A DNA stretch of 64,000 nt from Mytilus californianus (Eukaryota), in the NCBI RefSeq assembly GCF_021869535.1, contig NW_026262668.1:28644001-28708000 (forward strand). Direction: 5' to 3'. The translations under genes and the position numbers were made by a program. This document shows positions 59,572-64,000 of this stretch, one piece after another; the stretch's first letter is position 1; every line of letters starts with the position of its first letter. The notes beneath the pieces are model-generated. The model did no database searches. It was not told the DNA's origin and saw only the letters and a list, made by a program, of their open reading frames with translations.

Positions 59572-61340
59572 ATACCGTATGCACCGGTTTATTGGAAATT
59601 ACTATTCCTACTTACTGCGGATACAGTAATCTGATTTTTGGGAAGCGTATGAGCTAAAAATTAAGGTTAAATCTAATTTTAAAAGTTTTTTTTTCTTCTT
59701 TTTCTTCTTTCACACTCATTTTTAATGCTTTTTGTTTGGTAATTTCGAAGTTCTAAATATTCACATACTAACACAAACGATACCAATTATACTGCACACG
59801 TAAATTTCAAACGTATTTTGATTCTTTTGTTTGTTTCAAAATTCGACTTTCAATTAATCATCCTGTCATTTTGATAAATGTGCTTATGGCAGTTGTGACT
59901 GATCTATATACATTCTTTGTTTTGAACTGTAAATAGGCCTAAACAATAGGATAATCCCTTACTAAGAACATGTTTACATTCATTCTTCATAATTAAGAAA
60001 CACCAAATTCAACACTTTCATTGGTCGAGAGCACTTTGCTATATTCTAACATCAACTAATTCATAAATGAAATACACAAAAATGACGTCATGCATTTCAC
60101 ATAAACATTGCACTAACAATGGAACTAATTCTTGAATACAACCATTCAAGAGATCATTTGAGCCTTCAGCACTTTACAATATTCTAAGTTTGTAAGAGAA
60201 TGATAATCCCTTTCATCATGATAAGTACTCGCTAACGCTCGTACTTAATCATGAAGAAAGGGATTATCATTCTCTTACATATACATAACAAGCTAATTAA
60301 GGTATAAGATACAAGATTACTAATGGTTTCTTTTAAACACAAATTATTGCATGTTTCTACAATCTTTTTTTCCTTCTTTTTTTGTTGTTCATTCAATACA
60401 AAATAAAGAATCTCCCATGGTTGTGTTATTACAGAATTACTGTGTATGCTTTGCTTAGTCAGCTTACTACATTTACTAAGGTCATGGTTTTTCTTCATTT
60501 TTTCAGAAAACACAAGATTCAATCTTTCTGATCCAAAATTTTAAATTTAATTGAGTGGTAATTGAAAAGTAATTGTCAATTACAGACAATTTTTGCTTTG
60601 TAATTCATTTCTTTCTATTAATTGTAATTAAAAAATGCTCAGTTACACATTACATTCAATTACTTGAGAAATTGTAATTAATTACGGTCAATTACAATTA
60701 CATATTTCAATTACCCCATGTCTGGTTCAAATTTACGGGTATTATATCATAGTTAAATGAAAAATATTCCAAGAAGATGTATAAAGTATTCCTTGTTTGT
60801 TGAGCGAATTTAACCGTAGAGCATGTTTTTGTTTCGATGTACTTTTTGTGTTTTAATATTATTCCTTCAGTCTTTGAAATGAATCGGTGTTTTGTTTTTT
60901 TTATTTTATATGAAATTGTAGTGCGTTAAAAATGTTTATTTTCTTCATCTCCATAATGCATTTTATTTAAAAAGAAGTAAATGTCTGCATTATTTATAAA
61001 TAATGGAAGTCGAAAGTTTTATGAGTCTCGTATTCTGGTTCCAAAGTAGGAATAGAGTCTCGCTTTAGTCAAATATTGATATTATTTATTAATATATAAA
61101 TAGACATATAAATAACGATAACCATCAAATACCCCATTTCTAAAAATAGCTTTTATATTATGTAAACTTTCACTTTTATATAGCACCCGGAATTAAACTG
61201 GTAAGAAAATTCTTCTTGACAAATTCTGGAATTAATTGTACAGATTTGTTTAAACATTGATTCAGTACCATTTAAAAAGAAGTAAAAAGGAGCGATTGAC
61301 AAGGATCATATACAAGAAATTATATATTAACTTGCGTGTG

Positions 61341-62393
61341 ATGGCTTCTCCTTTGGACGAAATGACAGATCAACCGAAAGAGGATGAACATTCGTTACAA
61401 AATGATACGACAGAACCCGAAAGTCATATGTCACAGAAAGGATATGATGTATTTTCAAGTGATACAGCAGAAAACGATCAACTTCTACCACAAACTGAAC
61501 CGGACAAAGAAGCCGAAGTTGAAAAACCGACTGCAAAAAGCTTTCTCTGGAATTACATGTATAACCATGCTACCCATGATCGAAGTATTGAACCACAACC
61601 AGAAAATAATTCAGAGTCAGATATTTGTAACAAATCTTTGCGGAATGTTAATGAGAGCGAAGCCAGTCTGGTTACTGTTCACAACAGCAGTCAGTCAAGT
61701 ATTTCTAAGAAATCTTTGCAAAACGATAATTGGAGCCAATCCAGTTCGGTTGCTGTTCAAAACAACTTGGTACCTGAAAAAACACGACCTTATATGAAAT
61801 ACTTTATTGGGTTAGTAGTGGCATTGGTAATAGCGACGGTCATAATAACAATTTCAGTTTGTAAAAAGGTAGGGCTTTACCTTTATGTATAAACTAACTG
61901 TATGACAAAGCAACATAAGGCGACAGTCAGAAATTCATTATTTTCTTTTTGATTGATACCCCGTTACAAAAAAAAGATAATTAAAACTGTGGACATGTAG
62001 AATATCATAGTGCTTTGATGATTAACAATGATGTGATGATTGGTTGTACACCCCGTTACAAATATATAAAAATGGAAAAATTTCAATAGCTAATACTTTC
62101 ACTTGAATGATATTGGAATAATTAGATGGTTTGTTATTGTTTTGTATTTCTTTTGCTTCATTTATATATTGTTTTTTAATTTTTATTATTATCACATATA
62201 TTTTTCTACTAAATTTAATATGATTTATTTTATGCATGTATTTTATTTGTCCTTTTTTAAACAAAATGAAAACTTCGTTTGATTGGAACATTTGTCTGTT
62301 AATATGAGGAATTGCTCGTACTTTTTCAGTATTGCCAGGAAGCGCACTTAGCGGAAGGGACTCGAGAAGGACCAGTTTGCCAAGACCTAAATA
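61341..62393 (+). CDS. Gene D: paralog of gene C, 5' part only (exons 61341-61868 and 62330-62393; later exons predicted beyond the window)
   Basis: Open frames and conserved splice sites; exon 2 differs from gene C by 3 synonymous and 2 non-synonymous changes, supporting its coding status. Confidence 0.8.
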
Positions 62394-64000
62394 GTACGTA
62401 TATATATATGGTTTATCGGTGTCTAACATTTTTAGATTTTGCGGCTTCGCGTTTTATTTAGAAACATATATGTCTGAATGAATCTTAACACATGTTACAT
62501 AGAAAGAGATACAAGGAAATTTTTTAAAAAGTTCATGCGTATTGTAATGATAATCACAATCTAAGGAATGAAACAAAAATATTGGAAATGTATTGATTAT
62601 GGCCAGAGCGTCTTTTTCCATTATTTTCCATTCCAAAACTTATATTTTTTGTCGCTGGCGGATGAAATCGTTTTTTTTTATGTTTATATGAACAAATGCA
62701 AGATCAACGAAAAATAGCACTCTAAGATTTGGTGTGCCCGAAATGCTTTACTGGATTCAACTTCACCAGGAACACTAAAACCAAATAAAATGAAAGCCAA
62801 TTATGTATAAGCGTTAAATACTTGAGGTGCTGAAAGAAAAAAAGAGACTAAGAAGATAGGTTGTTCATGATAATACTTCTCTATCTATTTTTTGACTGGA
62901 AAATTGCAAGGTGGTGCATCCTTGTAAAATAAGAATAACAAACACAACGAATAATATTCATAAACGATTTTTTAACACATACACAAATTGCTCAGTAAAC
63001 GTTTCCTTTCTCTTTTGTCTAAGATTAGAATGTTAATCGGTAAATTCATGTGGAAGATCGTTTTTGACAGTACAATCTTTTAATCATAAAATGATGGCGA
63101 TAACATGGGAGATATTCAGTTTTGATTTCTTTTTAATATTTCTTTGGAGAAAATCATTAAATCTTATGTACACTAAAATATATAATAATTTTTCTGTTGC
63201 AGTCAGTTGTTAGTTCCTCAACAAAATCTGATTGGAATGAATGTGTGATGAAAATAAATGTTTCTTTGACTTTTACCCGCTTTTTGTTACTTTTTGTGGT
63301 CATGTGAACTAAATGTATCCCTTGTTACATATCGTCCGTTAACTTTCACATTTCCGTCTTCTGCACAATTTAAGCTTGACATGATTTGCTAGTAGCGTTC
63401 GTAGCCAATGCATTGAAAATATTAAGTTAAAAAGTTCTATTATGCTTTATTACGATTTTTGTGACAATTTGTTTGGACAAACAACGTTTTGCATCGAACG
63501 ATGTATTGCGAGAAATAACGTCACCTACATATTTATGAATTGCATATGCATTCTAATTAAACTACTTGGGATGTTATAATAAATAGTTATTCACCTAAAG
63601 CGCTGTATTTTTTACGTGACCATCTGTGGTTCTTTTCGACGTACCGGTCATCAGTTGACTGTGTCAATTCCCTTTTATATCACTACACCGATGCTTTATA
63701 GATATAAAAACAAACACATTATATTTAAAAAGCGAAAATATCTGTATTTAATATTAATTGTTTAAGCAATACCGTTGCACAAAATAAATTGCAGGTTAAA
63801 GACAATAAGTGTATAGTGTCTTTAAATATCAGATGTATTTGTACTCAGCTCAATTCTATCCACACATAGAGATACGGCTCGATTTAACATGGAACATATA
63901 ACACAGGCTGACTGATATCTTCCGTGATTCTTTTTTTTATAGTATAATAGACAAATATGGTTAAGAAAAATAACTAGAATTTATGAAGATTGTGAAGTCA

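Noticed and set aside
2000-64000. Most 60-130 aa ORFs in the supplied track
   Set aside because: They are low-complexity F/I/L/K-rich frames inside TEs, introns or antisense to exons, with no splice or homology support.

Overview
AT-rich, repeat-dense eukaryotic DNA with spliceosomal introns. The repeat families resemble those I know from bivalves, most likely a Mytilus mussel (inference). The left end holds an intronless TM2D1 CDS (minus strand, runs off the window; missed by the ORF track). It is head-to-head with a 6-exon DNTTIP2/Fcf2 pre-rRNA-processing gene. DNTTIP2 intron 1 carries a complete TRIM whose LTRs contain a tRNA-derived cassette (PBS, PPT, 4-bp TSD). Intron 2 ends in a 34-copy, 56-bp minisatellite made of the exon-3 splice acceptor plus its first 11 codons. 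A ~15-19 kb tandem duplication starting in the last DNTTIP2 intron created a second intact terminal exon and two copies (A, B) of an unrecognised type II membrane glycoprotein gene. A second tandem duplication holds two more type II genes (C, D). Manual alignment shows A/B and C/D share an ectodomain signature, W-x20-Y...C-x10-C-x7-C-x-S-[VI]-P...C-I-x-x-K, and a similar last exon, so this is a four-gene cluster of one uncharacterised family whose cytoplasmic tails diverge mostly by amino-acid-changing substitutions. The rest is non-autonomous TEs (Helentron-type HINEs, Kolobok-like TTAA elements, hAT-like elements, SINEs, a LINE remnant). All exon models, alignments and counts were made by eye; no searches were run.
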